Source: an uncultured delta proteobacterium (GTDB lineage Bacteria > Myxococcota_A > Polyangia > Polyangiales > Polyangiaceae). Taken from it: a stretch of 64,000 nucleotides of DNA. The notes beneath the pieces are model-generated. The model saw only the letters and a program-made list of their open reading frames with translations, had not been told where the DNA came from and made no database searches. The position numbers were made by a program, and so were the translations under genes. Where the stretch lies: the NCBI GenBank assembly GCA_963850305.1, contig CAWKKR010000008.1, positions 1,632,001 to 1,696,000 of the forward strand. Reading direction: 5' to 3'. This document shows, piece by piece, positions 30,562-42,804 of the stretch; the stretch's first letter is position 1, and every line of letters starts with the position of its first letter.

Positions 30562-32427
30562 TCACTCGATCCGACTCGGCAGCGGTGCGCGCCCCGCCGA
30601 GCCGTCGGCGTACCGCGAGTCGAGATAATCGAGCAGCGCGTCGGTCGCCCGCTCGAGGCTTCCACGCCGCGAGAACGTGTGGTCCGTATCCTCGACGAAG
30701 ACCATACGGAAGTTCGTGACGTCGCGCAGCTTTCGTCCGCGCGGGCCCAGGTGGAACTCCAGATAGTCGAGCCCGTCGTCCTCGGAGCCCACGATGAACA
30801 GCGAATCGGTTCCGCGGGCGCAGATCATCCGCAGGTTCAGGAGGACGTCTTCTTCATGCGGGGACTGCCGGAACGCACGGTTCGCGTAACGACGCGCGTG
30901 CGCCATCGCCAACAAACGGAGCCGATTCGCGATCCCACGCGCGTCGATCTTCCCGCGCGCGAGCCGGACGTACGTGCTCGGTTCGAGGAGCGCCCGCTTG
31001 TAGAAGCAAGTCGACTTGAAGCTCTGTCTCATCACGCTCTCCAGCGTGTCCCCCGGTCGCCAGGCGAGGCGGCGCGGATTCATGAGGACTTGCCCCGAGA
31101 CGCGCCGGTCTGCGAGCGCCGTCTGGAACGCGACGTACGCGCCCGAGCAGAGCCCGACGAGGACGAATTGCTCGCAGCCGCGCCTGCTCAGCCACTCCAT
31201 GGCTTGCTGCACATCCCCTACGGCGCTCTTCGAATACATGCGCGGCCCCGGGGGACTCGCCGTCGCGGGATGACTATCGCCGATCCCCGCCAGGTCGAAG
31301 CGCAGCGAACGATATCCGCTTGCGCCCATTGCGCGCGCCAGCTTCACGTACATTCGGTTCGGACCGACGTGGTGGTTGGTGCCTACGCTGAGCATCAATA
31401 CCCCGACGCGCGCTCGCGCCCCCCGGGGATGGTCCGCGGGCTCCGAGAAAATCCCGAAAAGATTGCGAGCCAGCCCGAAGGCGATCGGCGTTTCACGGAC
31501 GCCTTCGATGAAGGCCGGCCTGGGAGGCCCCAGCGATGGCGGTCCGACCTTGGGCGTTTCGGCGGACGACGGAGGGTAGGCTTCCGAAAGCCATTCGGTG
31601 ATGGCTTCAAGCGTGTCTCCCGCCACGTCGCGTTCGCGGGGTTCGACCATCATTGCCGCGAAGCCCTGGAGCTGCCGAGAGGCGACATCGACCCCGAGCT
31701 TTTTCAACGCATTCGGGAGAGGCCCCTCTTCACGCAGATCGTCGCGACCGATGAGCAAGGCGCGCTTTGCGGGACGTGTCGTGAGTCGGAGTAGATCGAT
31801 CGATTGCAGATGCTCGAGAGTCTTGGCGGTGTACAGATATCCCATCGTCTCCAGGTCGCCATGCTCGAGTCGCTCGCGACGCGCGCCCGCGGCCATGCGC
31901 AACTCACGTGCGAAGGCTCGTCCCGAGACGCACGGGGCCCACAAGACCAGGTTGTCGATGGCGCCTTCGACGGCGGCGACGTTGACAGCAAGCGTCGCGC
32001 CGAGGCGGATCCCGATCAAACTCACCGGAGACATGGCCCCGAGCCGTCGAACTTCCTCGATCGCGAACTTCAGGCTGTCTTGCCACGCCTGGACCCGCGC
32101 GGGGGAGGCGTCGCCACCCGGGGAATCGCCCGTCCCATGGTAGTCGAATCTGAGGACGGCGAAGCCCGCCCTTGCGAGACGTTCGGCGAGCTCGCGACAG
32201 GTTTCGTGCGCGCAATTTCCCTCGTAGCCAATGGGAGGGCAAATCACGACGCCGGCCCCCCGCGCCTGGGATGAGCTCGGGTGAAACCAGCCGACACACG
32301 TCGTTTCTCTGGGTCCGAACGTGATCGGGATGGCTCCTCCGCCCCCACCGAGCGGCTGGGGCTTCGACGATGTGGCGGGCGGATCTCCGAAGGAATGATT
32401 CGCGTCCGCCGTTCGGCTCGTCGTCAT
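30562..32427 (-). CDS. Tandem two-domain alpha/beta hydrolase
   Basis: Two RFD..G.GDS motifs; nucleophile elbows GIRLG and GLCSG; C-terminal DHTF. Confidence 0.85.
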   Translation of the reverse strand: MTTSRTADANHSFGDPPATSSKPQPLGGGGGAIPITFGPRETTCVGWFHPSSSQARGAGVVICPPIGYEGNCAHETCRELAERLARAGFAVLRFDYHGTGDSPGGDASPARVQAWQDSLKFAIEEVRRLGAMSPVSLIGIRLGATLAVNVAAVEGAIDNLVLWAPCVSGRAFARELRMAAGARRERLEHGDLETMGYLYTAKTLEHLQSIDLLRLTTRPAKRALLIGRDDLREEGPLPNALKKLGVDVASRQLQGFAAMMVEPRERDVAGDTLEAITEWLSEAYPPSSAETPKVGPPSLGPPRPAFIEGVRETPIAFGLARNLFGIFSEPADHPRGARARVGVLMLSVGTNHHVGPNRMYVKLARAMGASGYRSLRFDLAGIGDSHPATASPPGPRMYSKSAVGDVQQAMEWLSRRGCEQFVLVGLCSGAYVAFQTALADRRVSGQVLMNPRRLAWRPGDTLESVMRQSFKSTCFYKRALLEPSTYVRLARGKIDARGIANRLRLLAMAHARRYANRAFRQSPHEEDVLLNLRMICARGTDSLFIVGSEDDGLDYLEFHLGPRGRKLRDVTNFRMVFVEDTDHTFSRRGSLERATDALLDYLDSRYADGSAGRAPLPSRIE

Positions 32428-32672
32428 CGAGGCTCTCCGTCCCCGCGGTCTCGAAGCGGCGTCGAATCGGTCGGTCGTGACGTACGTGCCACATGAGTCG
32501 CTTCGAGTCGGCGCGCTCGTTCGACGTATCGCCGGTGCCGCGCGTTGCGCCGTTTCTCCGAATCGTTCACGCCGGGTGACGAAGCAATGTCCGGGCCGGG
32601 GGGCGCGAGCGCCAACTCCCGCGATCGGTGCGTTCATCCAGCAGCCTGACGACGACCTATGGGTCGTTCGTT

Positions 32673-32981
32673 TCAACAGTCGTCGAGAAGCGCCAGAAGC
32701 TCATGCTTTGTTTTCGAGTCCCCCTTCTGGGTCGCAAGCTCGATGCCTGATTCGATCCACTCCCGCGCGTCCGCGGTGCGTCCCTCCTCGGACAGCAGCT
32801 GGCCCGCCATCAGGTACATCGGCAAGTAGCCGGCGTCCGTACCGCGCAATCGGTCGAACACCGAGATAGCTTCGGCGGCTCGTCCTTCTTTTCGATATTC
32901 CATTGCAAGCCCGTAGAGGGCGAACGAGTCGGCCTTCCCGGATGCGGCCAGCACTTCCAAAAACTCGAGGCGTTTTGACAT
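32673..32981 (-). CDS. Small TPR protein
   Basis: FALYGLAMEY, YLPMYLMAGQLL; 102 aa; directly follows the helicase. Confidence 0.8.
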   Translation of the reverse strand: MSKRLEFLEVLAASGKADSFALYGLAMEYRKEGRAAEAISVFDRLRGTDAGYLPMYLMAGQLLSEEGRTADAREWIESGIELATQKGDSKTKHELLALLDDC

Positions 32982-32984
32982 GTC

Positions 32985-35207
32985 TCACTCGAAGCTCAGA
33001 TAGTCGGCGCGCACCTTGCGTGGACCGAACCCGGGGAAATGCGCGACGACGGTCGGCGGCGCGCCCGCTTCCACGCTCTTCACGACCCCCTTGCCGAACC
33101 GCTTGTGAAAAACGCGAGCTCCCGGACGGACGCCTTGCGACCCCTCGTCGGAGCGCACGTCGTCGAAGGCGTCGTAGTCGACGACTCTGTCACCCGGGGC
33201 GAGAAGCGGCGTCGAATTTCCCGCATACGCGGTGATCGCGTCGGATTGCCTTCCGTATGCCGACGCGCGATTGCCCCACGAGACCTGGCCTTCTCGCACG
33301 ACGACCTCCTCCGGAAGGTCGGCAAGAAACCGACTGGGCACGAGGTACTGCGTCCGTCCGAAGAGGGAGCGCATCGAAGCATGTGTGATGAGGAGCTTCT
33401 CTCGCGCACGAGTGATCGCGACGTAAGCCAGGCGGCGCTCTTCATCGAGCTCTTCGGTGCGGTCGGAGTCCAGCCCCTTGTAAGGGAAAGTCTCCTCCTC
33501 CATGCCCGTCAGGATCACGGTCCGGAATTCGAGCCCCTTGGCGCCGTGTACCGTCATCAATGCGACGGAAGGCGCGTCCTTCAGCGCATCCACGTCACTC
33601 ACGAGGGACACGCGCTCCACATACCCGCTCAGCGTCGGCGTGTCGCCCGCTTGTTCGGCGTCTTCTTCGTATTCGCGGATGGACCCGAGGAGTTCCTCGA
33701 TGTTTTCGAGTCGCGCGTCCGCTTCCGCCGAGTCTTCTTTTCTGAGCTCCGTGCGATATCCCGTCTCTTCGAGAACTCGGTTCGCCAGGTCGTGCGGCGC
33801 GAGCCGTCGCGCCTCTTCACGCAGGTCGTCCACCAGCTTGCGAAATCCGGCAAGACTCTTCTGGGCCGCAGGCTTGAGTACTCCGTTGGATGAGACTCCT
33901 GGAATCGACTCGAACAGACTCGTGCCGCACCTGGTCGCTTCCCTCGTCAGGGCCTGAACCGTCTTGTCACCGATGCCACGCGCGGGGACGTTGACGATAC
34001 GCAGGAAGTCGGCGTCGCTTCGCGGGTTGTCGACGATTCTGAGATAAGCAATGACGTTCTTCACCTCGGCACGCTCGAAGAACTTCATGCCGCCGACGAC
34101 CTGGTAGGGAAGGTTCTCGGCGCGGAGAGCTTCCTCGAGGACGCGGGACTGAGCGTGCACACGATAGAAGACGGCGATCTCGCTGGCGGGGACGCCGGAC
34201 GCCACCTCTCGCTCGATCACGCGGACGACGTGCGCCGCTTCCTCGCGTTCGTCCCGGACCAATCGCACGTGGATCTTCTCCCCGCTCGGCGCGTCCGTGA
34301 AGAGGTTCTTCGGTTCGCGACCGGTCGCGCTCTTGATGATGCCTAGCGCCCCAGCGACGATGTTCCCGGTCGACCGGTAGTTTTGCTCCAACTTCACGAT
34401 CGTCGCGTCGGGGAAATCGTGGCGAAAACCGAGGATGTTGCGAATGTCCGCCCCTCTCCAGCTGTAGATCGACTGATCGTCATCCCCGACGACGCACAAG
34501 TTACGGTCCGCGAGGGACAGTGCGCGCACGAGACGATACTGGATGGCGTTGGTGTCTTGAAATTCGTCGACGAGAACGAATCGGAAGCGGCCGCGCAGTT
34601 CCTCTCCGGCCGCCGTTCGGCTCTCCGCGATGCGGAGGACATGCAAGATCAAGTCTTCGAAGTCGACCGCGTTGGAACGGAGCAGTGCACTCTGATATTC
34701 CCGGTAGGCGTCGCGCGTCGCCGCGTCGAACTCCCTCTCGACCTTGACGGACTCCGGTCCGATGCCCTCGCGCTTCTGTCGCTGTACGAGTGAGAGCACT
34801 AGCTTCGGCGGGTAAACGCGGTCACTCAAGTTCAGGTCGCGGAGCGCCCGCGTCATGAGCGCTTTCTGATCCGAGTCGTCGTAGATCACGAAGTCTTTTT
34901 CGAGTCCGACCTCCGCGTGATATCGGCGGAGCAAGCGTGCGCATACGGAGTGGAACGTACCGGCCCAGAGATCTCGCGTCATCGACTCGCCCGCGATGGA
35001 AGCGAGGCGCGCTCGCAGCTCTCCCGCCGCCTTGTTCGTGAATGTTACGGCGAGGATGCGGTAAGGTGGGACCCCCTGCTCTGCGAGCAGGTTACCGATC
35101 CGATACGTGATGACGCGCGTTTTGCCGCTGCCTGCACCAGCGAACACGAGCAGGGGTCCCCGTTCGTGGAGCACCGCTTTCCGCTGGGCGTCATTCAGCT
35201 CGGGCAT
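32985..35207 (-). CDS. pcrA: UvrD/PcrA superfamily 1 DNA helicase
   Basis: AGAGSGKT, VDEFQD, GDDDQSIY, NYRS, TVHGAKGLEF, YVAITRA; C-terminal Tudor-like VFHKRFGKG. Confidence 0.95.
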   Translation of the reverse strand: MPELNDAQRKAVLHERGPLLVFAGAGSGKTRVITYRIGNLLAEQGVPPYRILAVTFTNKAAGELRARLASIAGESMTRDLWAGTFHSVCARLLRRYHAEVGLEKDFVIYDDSDQKALMTRALRDLNLSDRVYPPKLVLSLVQRQKREGIGPESVKVEREFDAATRDAYREYQSALLRSNAVDFEDLILHVLRIAESRTAAGEELRGRFRFVLVDEFQDTNAIQYRLVRALSLADRNLCVVGDDDQSIYSWRGADIRNILGFRHDFPDATIVKLEQNYRSTGNIVAGALGIIKSATGREPKNLFTDAPSGEKIHVRLVRDEREEAAHVVRVIEREVASGVPASEIAVFYRVHAQSRVLEEALRAENLPYQVVGGMKFFERAEVKNVIAYLRIVDNPRSDADFLRIVNVPARGIGDKTVQALTREATRCGTSLFESIPGVSSNGVLKPAAQKSLAGFRKLVDDLREEARRLAPHDLANRVLEETGYRTELRKEDSAEADARLENIEELLGSIREYEEDAEQAGDTPTLSGYVERVSLVSDVDALKDAPSVALMTVHGAKGLEFRTVILTGMEEETFPYKGLDSDRTEELDEERRLAYVAITRAREKLLITHASMRSLFGRTQYLVPSRFLADLPEEVVVREGQVSWGNRASAYGRQSDAITAYAGNSTPLLAPGDRVVDYDAFDDVRSDEGSQGVRPGARVFHKRFGKGVVKSVEAGAPPTVVAHFPGFGPRKVRADYLSFE

Positions 35208-35293
35208 GAGTTCGTCTACCGCGAGACCGCCTTCGGCGCGAGCCTCCGGGCTCGCAAGGATTCGTTTTCGGTGAAAGGCCTGGCTCCATCGGA

Positions 35294-36367
35294 ATGAGTG
35301 ATGACGCGTGCGAGTCCGTTCCCGCCGCCGCGGCGCCGCCCCCGCGCGAGGCGCTCGTCCCGGACGCGCTCGCGGTCCGATTTTCGTCGGACCGCGCGGT
35401 CGTCCCGACGGAGTGCGCCTGCTGCGGCGATGTCGGATCGCGAACGGTCCGCGAAGCTCGTCTCCTCGACGGCGCGCTGATCCTCGTCCCGTATTGCGGG
35501 GAGTGCCACCGCCACGTCTCGAGGAGCGCCACACGCAGGATCGCCGTCGGACTGTCCGCCGTTCTTCTCACCTCGGCATTCGCCTTTGGCGCTCCGTTCG
35601 TCATCGTGCCGAGAGGATTCTTCTGGTTCTTCACTCTGGTCTGCGCCGGCGCCCTCTTCCCGCTCTTCGTGTCATGGCGCTTCCCGCAGCCCCGTGCCGG
35701 TGGTCACGCCGTGGCGGGTCGCGCCGTGTTCTTCCGTTACGACGGCGCTCTGGTCTGCGCGGTGCGCTCTTGGGGCGAGCGGCTCGCTCGTGAAAGCGGA
35801 CTGACGTCCTGCCCCGTCACCTTCCGCGAGCGCGTCTATCCGGCCTGGGCGGCGGCGTTTTCGACCGTCGTTTTGCTCGCGACACCGTTCGTTTATCGAT
35901 TCCATTTTCCGGCGATCCGGATCATCGACGTGGCGGACCGACCGCTGGTGATTCGTGTCGACGGCAGGATCGTTGCTCGCGTGGAGGCGACGAGCGGCGA
36001 AAGCCCGACGGCCGGCGCCAGCGTGCGGGTGCGCGCTGGACGGCGGACGTTCACGGCCACCGATCCCGAGGGACGTGTCCGGGACGTGCGCGCCGTCGAC
36101 GTTCACCCGGGGGGAGCGCATCTCTATGCGCCGGACAGCGACGGGACCTGCTTCTGGGTCGAGACAACGGGGTACGGACGACGTCTCGACGTGGGCACCG
36201 AGCGCGCTTCCCTTCCCGCCGACACGAATTTCTGGGAACTGCCGCTCGGCGTCGACTTCTGGTTCGCGCCCCCGCCACCTCCGGGCACCGACGGCTATTC
36301 GACCGGGGGGATCGTCCGGGCATTGCGTCAGTCGCGGTGCGACGAAGCTCCAGAAGGCGTGCGTTGA
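35294..36367 (+). CDS. Hypothetical membrane protein with N-terminal Zn-ribbon-like motif
   Basis: CACC...CGECH, three hydrophobic segments. Confidence 0.65.
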   Translation: MSDDACESVPAAAAPPPREALVPDALAVRFSSDRAVVPTECACCGDVGSRTVREARLLDGALILVPYCGECHRHVSRSATRRIAVGLSAVLLTSAFAFGAPFVIVPRGFFWFFTLVCAGALFPLFVSWRFPQPRAGGHAVAGRAVFFRYDGALVCAVRSWGERLARESGLTSCPVTFRERVYPAWAAAFSTVVLLATPFVYRFHFPAIRIIDVADRPLVIRVDGRIVARVEATSGESPTAGASVRVRAGRRTFTATDPEGRVRDVRAVDVHPGGAHLYAPDSDGTCFWVETTGYGRRLDVGTERASLPADTNFWELPLGVDFWFAPPPPPGTDGYSTGGIVRALRQSRCDEAPEGVR

Positions 36368-36397
36368 GTTGCGGCCGACGCAAAGTGATTATAGTAC

Positions 36398-36967
36398 GTG
36401 CGAACTGTGCAGGACGAAGAACGGAACGGAGACGGAGCCCCCCATATCGGGGCGGAGGTTACTGGAGACATCCCGCCGAGCGAGCCCGCTATGGCGGTGG
36501 CGTCGCCCGATGCGGTCGAGCTTCTGAAGCAAGAGGCCGCTCGATACAAGGACCAGCTACTGAGGACGGCCGCCGACTTCGATAATTTCAAGAAGCGAAC
36601 GCGCAAGGAATCGTCGGAAGCCGAAAAGAAGGGGCGGGAGGAGATTTTGCGTGACCTGCTGCCCGTCTTCGACAATCTCGAGCGCGCCATGACGCACGCG
36701 GAGAAGGCCACGGACGTTCAGTCTGTCTCGGACGGTATCCGCATGGTGCTGAGGCAGTTCATGGACACGCTGACCAGGCTGGGTATCGAGCGCGTCGCGA
36801 CCGTCGGGCTGCCCTTCGATCCGTCGGTGCATGAGGCGATCCAGCATCTGGAGAGTACCGAGCATCCGGCCGGGACCGTGGCTGTCGAGATCCAGGGCGG
36901 CTACCGGACTCCGGAGCGGCTGATCCGCCCGGCGATGGTCGTCGTCGCGAAGGCGCCTCAGGGGTGA
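36398..36967 (+). CDS. grpE: Nucleotide exchange factor GrpE
   Basis: LRTAADFDNFKKR, LLPVFDNLERA, FDPSVHEA, RPAMVVV. Confidence 0.97.
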   Translation: MRTVQDEERNGDGAPHIGAEVTGDIPPSEPAMAVASPDAVELLKQEAARYKDQLLRTAADFDNFKKRTRKESSEAEKKGREEILRDLLPVFDNLERAMTHAEKATDVQSVSDGIRMVLRQFMDTLTRLGIERVATVGLPFDPSVHEAIQHLESTEHPAGTVAVEIQGGYRTPERLIRPAMVVVAKAPQG

Positions 36968-37078
36968 CTTCCGGCGTTGTGGCGGCGCGAAAATCGCGGC
37001 GCGAGTGCTTGCCTGGCAGACTTTGCTGTGTGGTCGACGCCGCGCCCGCCGCCGGGCTATCCTCGTTTCTCCGGGGCC

Positions 37079-38938
<1,860 letters not shown>

Positions 38939-38953
38939 CCGGGGCGCCCTTCC

Positions 38954-41900
38954 ATGACCGGCGTGGGGCAACGAAGAACTCTCGGCCGCTACGAGCTGCT
39001 CGAATTGATCGGCCGCGGAAGTGCCACCGAGGCGTTCCGCGCGAAGAGCTTCGGGGTCGAGGGGTTCGAGAAACGGCTGGTGGTCAAGCGAGTCCTCCCG
39101 AACCTTGCGGCGTCGGATGAGTTCCTGGGAAGGTTCCTCGAGCACGTTCAGCGCGCCATGCGGCTTTCGCACGCCAATCTCGCGCAGGTGTTCGACCTCG
39201 GACGAGACGAAGACGCCGCGACCTACTTTCTCGCTACCGAATACGTGTCGGGGCTCGACGCTGGGACATTGATCGAGCGCGCCGCTGCCATCGATACTCT
39301 GCTACCCCTCCCGATCGCCGCGTATCTCGCGCTCGAGGTGGGGAAGGCGCTCGATCACGCGCACCGTCGCAAGGACGAACAGCTCCAGCCGCTCGGCATC
39401 GTCCACGGCGCCGTCGCACCGCACAACGTGCTCGTCAGCTTCGACGGTGACGTCAAAGTCACGGACTTCGGCGTCATGCGGGCGCTCGTCGACCTCGAAC
39501 CTCGCAGGGAATCGCTCGGGCGAGCGTATGCGGTGATGGCGCCCGAGCAAGCGCGTGGCGAAAAGCCGACAGTGGCGAGTGACGTGTTCTCGCTGGGCGC
39601 GTTCTTCTACGCGGCGCTCGCCGGAGCCGCGCCGTTCGCCGCGCCGACCGCGGAGGGCGCGCTGACTCGCGCAGCTCGTCATCAAATGGTTCCCCTGCTC
39701 ACCATCAGGCCCGGGGTGCCGCCCCCCGTCGCGGCGGCCGTCACGCGCGCACTCGCGCCCGATCCCGCGGATCGCTTCCCGTCGGTGTCGTCGTTCTACG
39801 AAGAACTTCTCGCGTCGGTCCATGCTTGCGGACTTCGCTGCGGAGCGACGGACGTCGCGGCCTTCGTAGATCAGTACCGCGAGGCTCCGGAAACGCTGCC
39901 GACCGAGGGGGTCGACGCGCTGCTGTCGCGACCGATCACCATTCCGCCCGAAGCTCGGTCGATCGACCCCGGGCCGTCGACCGTCCCACCGCTTACCGGT
40001 TTCGACGAGACCCGGCATGTCTCCGCACTCGTGGCCACCTTTCGACAACGAGGTTTGCTGACCGACGTTCTGCGTGAGCGGATGCGCGCCGTCGTCGCTC
40101 GTTACGGCGGCACCGTGGTCGGCGAGACCGACGGCGAGCTGGCGGCGCTCTTCGGTCTCGAGGACTCCGACGGTCGCGATATGGAGGTGGCAGTACGTTG
40201 CGGACTCGTGCTCGTGCGAACGCTGGACGTCGCGGACGTGGGGCCCTCCGTGGGCATCAACGCCGGACGTCTTCGCCAGGGGGATGAAGACGTGCGCGGG
40301 AGCGGAAGCCGAACCGAGCGACTCCTTTCTTCCGCTCGAACCCTCGCGGCCGAGGCACCGCGTGTCGTCGGCATCCCTCGACGATTGGCGCCGGCGCTTC
40401 ATGGCCGATTTTCGTTCGAGCTCATGGGTTCCGCGATCCGCGTGACCGAATTTGCTCAGGACGGCTACGACGATGCATTCGTAGGCCGGCGCGAGGAGCT
40501 GCAATCTCTTGGCGAGACGCTCGTCACCGCGGCACGCGGTTCGCTCAGGCTGCTTCGAATCGTCGGCGAGCCCGGCGTCGGAAAGACCCGACTCGCCGTG
40601 GAGATGAAACGCCGACTCGCTCGCGGTTCGATCGATCTCCAGACGTTCATAGCGTCGTGTCCGCCGCGAGGAGGTGAGCTCTTGCACAGCGGCGTCGTCG
40701 CGATGCTACGGCGAATCTGCGGCGTTCGCGACGGAGAGCCGCCGTCGCGCATCGACGCACTCGAACCGAGATTGCGTGCGCTCGGTCTCGACGCGGACGA
40801 GACGCACGTCGTGCTGCGCGAGCTCGGAGCCGGGTCGTCCTCCCCTCGACTGGCCACTTCGAGCGTCCTCAGAAACGCCGTGCTCCGCATGATGCACAGC
40901 CTCGCGGAGGACAAGTTCACCGTCTTCATCTGGGACGACGCGCACGAGCTCGATCCCGTGAGCGCGGAAATCATCGTTCGCGCGACCACCCGCCTGGCCC
41001 ATTCGCGACTCGCGCTCGTCGTTTGTGCACGCGACATTCCGGGCGCGACGGTGCTCGATCAGTCGGTGCACGCGCAGCTTCGGCTGGAGGCAATGTCGTC
41101 GTCGGACGTGGAGAGGCTGGTCGCCGCAAGGCTCGGCGTCGATCGTCCCCCACCCGCGTTGCTGGAATTCCTCCGCGAACGGGCGTCAGGGTTGCCGATG
41201 TTCGTCGAGGAGCTTCTCTCGCAGCTCGGGGATCGCGGTGCGTTGCGCGTCGAGAACGGTGAAGTGGCCGTCCTATCGCTCGATGACGGCGTCGACGTTC
41301 CGCGCACGCTGCGTGCGCTCACCTTCGGGCGCCTTCAACGTCTGACCGATGACGAACGTCACTTGTTCGTCGCCGCCGCCGTACTCGAGCCACCGGTGGC
41401 CGTCGCGCTGCTCGCCCGCATGGTCAATCTCCCGCAAGACCACGTCGACGCGGTCGTCGAGGCCTTGATGTCCCGCGGCCTTCTGCGGCGTGAGGGCTCA
41501 CTTGCCTTCGGATTTCCATCACCGCTCGTCCGCGAGGTCGTTCTCGCAGAGCTCGATGCCGACGACCTCGCGAACCTCCACCGCCGGGCCGCGAGCGCCC
41601 ACGTGGCCATTCTGGGGCCGCGGCTCGACGAGGAGGCAGACCGCCCGGGCTACCACCTGGCGGCAGCGGGAGACCGTGACGCGGCGGCGGACTTCTACTC
41701 GCGAGGGGGCCTGCACGCGCTCGCTGTGCGGAAACTGGAACGTGCCACGCTCGACCTCGCGTACGCCCTCGAACTCACCGATCTCGAGCATCGCGCCGCC
41801 GCGCAGATCGGCAATTGGCTGAGTGCTCTGACGACGGCCGTCCGCTACGTTCGAACGGGCCCCAATCTCCCGGCGCTCATCGAGCGGCTCGTCGAACGAG

Positions 41901-42787
41901 CGCTCGGCCCCGGCGTGGACCCGTTGCTCCGAGCTCACATGCGGATCGACCTCGCCCGTATCCTGGGCAGCCTCGATCAGGAGCTCGCCGCAGAATCTCT
42001 GCTCGACCGTGGGGCGTCGGATATCACCGGCGACCCCGGCGTCATCACGGAATACCTCGTCACCCACGCGGAGCTCACGTCGAGCCGCGGCGAGCTCCGT
42101 CTCGCGCGGCGGTCGCTGGATCCTCTCGCTCGGTCGAAGATCGCAAGCCCGTCGCAGCTTCATCGCATCGCGCTCAGCATGTCCCGCACGCTCGGGGGGA
42201 GCGGCAAGATCGACGCCGCCCGGACTGCACTCGACGATGCCGCCAAGCTCGTCCCTCCGAACGATCCCTTGCTCGCATTCGACCGAGCCGCAGCGAGGAT
42301 CGCTCTCCACGAGAACGCTGGCGAATGGCGCGAGGCGGCCGAATCCAGCATGCTGGCGGCATCTCAGGCCGAGGAACTGGGGCTCGTGTACGAGGTCGCC
42401 TCCAGTCTCGTCGATCAGGCGGTGGCCCTCGCGCGGCTCGGCGACCTCGGCCGGGCCAGCGCCGCCAGCGCCTCGGCGCTCTCGGCGGCCGAGGAGGTTT
42501 CGGCCGAGCGGGTGCTCCTCCGTTGTCATCTCGTTCGGGGCTACGTGGACGCACTGGACGGCAAGGGCTCGCTCGAGTCCGGTCGCGCACAGGTCGCCGT
42601 CGCCGAAAGCCGCGGTTGGATTCGAGATGCGCTTCTCTGCCGCTACCTGCTCGGTCGCGTCGCCGTGGAGAAGGGCGCTCGTGACGAGGCCCGAGAGGAA
42701 TTACTTCTCGGCTCCCGGATCGCCGCTTCCACGGGCAATCACGCGTACGCCGACCAGTTTGCCCTGGAGCTCGACAAACTCGGGTAA
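38954..42787 (+). CDS. Pseudokinase + cyclase-like domain + STAND-like ATPase + helical repeat protein
   Basis: Kinase fold with HRD replaced by HGA; VVK, DFG and APE kept; GEPGVGKT, WDDAH, GLPMFVEE. Confidence 0.85.
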   Translation: MTGVGQRRTLGRYELLELIGRGSATEAFRAKSFGVEGFEKRLVVKRVLPNLAASDEFLGRFLEHVQRAMRLSHANLAQVFDLGRDEDAATYFLATEYVSGLDAGTLIERAAAIDTLLPLPIAAYLALEVGKALDHAHRRKDEQLQPLGIVHGAVAPHNVLVSFDGDVKVTDFGVMRALVDLEPRRESLGRAYAVMAPEQARGEKPTVASDVFSLGAFFYAALAGAAPFAAPTAEGALTRAARHQMVPLLTIRPGVPPPVAAAVTRALAPDPADRFPSVSSFYEELLASVHACGLRCGATDVAAFVDQYREAPETLPTEGVDALLSRPITIPPEARSIDPGPSTVPPLTGFDETRHVSALVATFRQRGLLTDVLRERMRAVVARYGGTVVGETDGELAALFGLEDSDGRDMEVAVRCGLVLVRTLDVADVGPSVGINAGRLRQGDEDVRGSGSRTERLLSSARTLAAEAPRVVGIPRRLAPALHGRFSFELMGSAIRVTEFAQDGYDDAFVGRREELQSLGETLVTAARGSLRLLRIVGEPGVGKTRLAVEMKRRLARGSIDLQTFIASCPPRGGELLHSGVVAMLRRICGVRDGEPPSRIDALEPRLRALGLDADETHVVLRELGAGSSSPRLATSSVLRNAVLRMMHSLAEDKFTVFIWDDAHELDPVSAEIIVRATTRLAHSRLALVVCARDIPGATVLDQSVHAQLRLEAMSSSDVERLVAARLGVDRPPPALLEFLRERASGLPMFVEELLSQLGDRGALRVENGEVAVLSLDDGVDVPRTLRALTFGRLQRLTDDERHLFVAAAVLEPPVAVALLARMVNLPQDHVDAVVEALMSRGLLRREGSLAFGFPSPLVREVVLAELDADDLANLHRRAASAHVAILGPRLDEEADRPGYHLAAAGDRDAAADFYSRGGLHALAVRKLERATLDLAYALELTDLEHRAAAQIGNWLSALTTAVRYVRTGPNLPALIERLVERALGPGVDPLLRAHMRIDLARILGSLDQELAAESLLDRGASDITGDPGVITEYLVTHAELTSSRGELRLARRSLDPLARSKIASPSQLHRIALSMSRTLGGSGKIDAARTALDDAAKLVPPNDPLLAFDRAAARIALHENAGEWREAAESSMLAASQAEELGLVYEVASSLVDQAVALARLGDLGRASAASASALSAAEEVSAERVLLRCHLVRGYVDALDGKGSLESGRAQVAVAESRGWIRDALLCRYLLGRVAVEKGARDEAREELLLGSRIAASTGNHAYADQFALELDKLG

Positions 42788-42804
42788 CCGCGAGCCCAGC
42801 GGAG

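Noticed and set aside
29943..30719. Arg-rich C-terminal tail of the 1515-aa ORF
   Set aside because: Out-of-frame read-through after the indel; it overlaps the convergent hydrolase gene.
32475..32492. TGGCACG (-24-like) upstream of the double hydrolase on the minus strand
   Set aside because: No GC at the -12 position (reads GG-N10-AC).
36980..37015. GAGTGCTTG resembling a CIRCE right arm before dnaK
   Set aside because: No TTAGCACTC-like left arm at 9-bp spacing.
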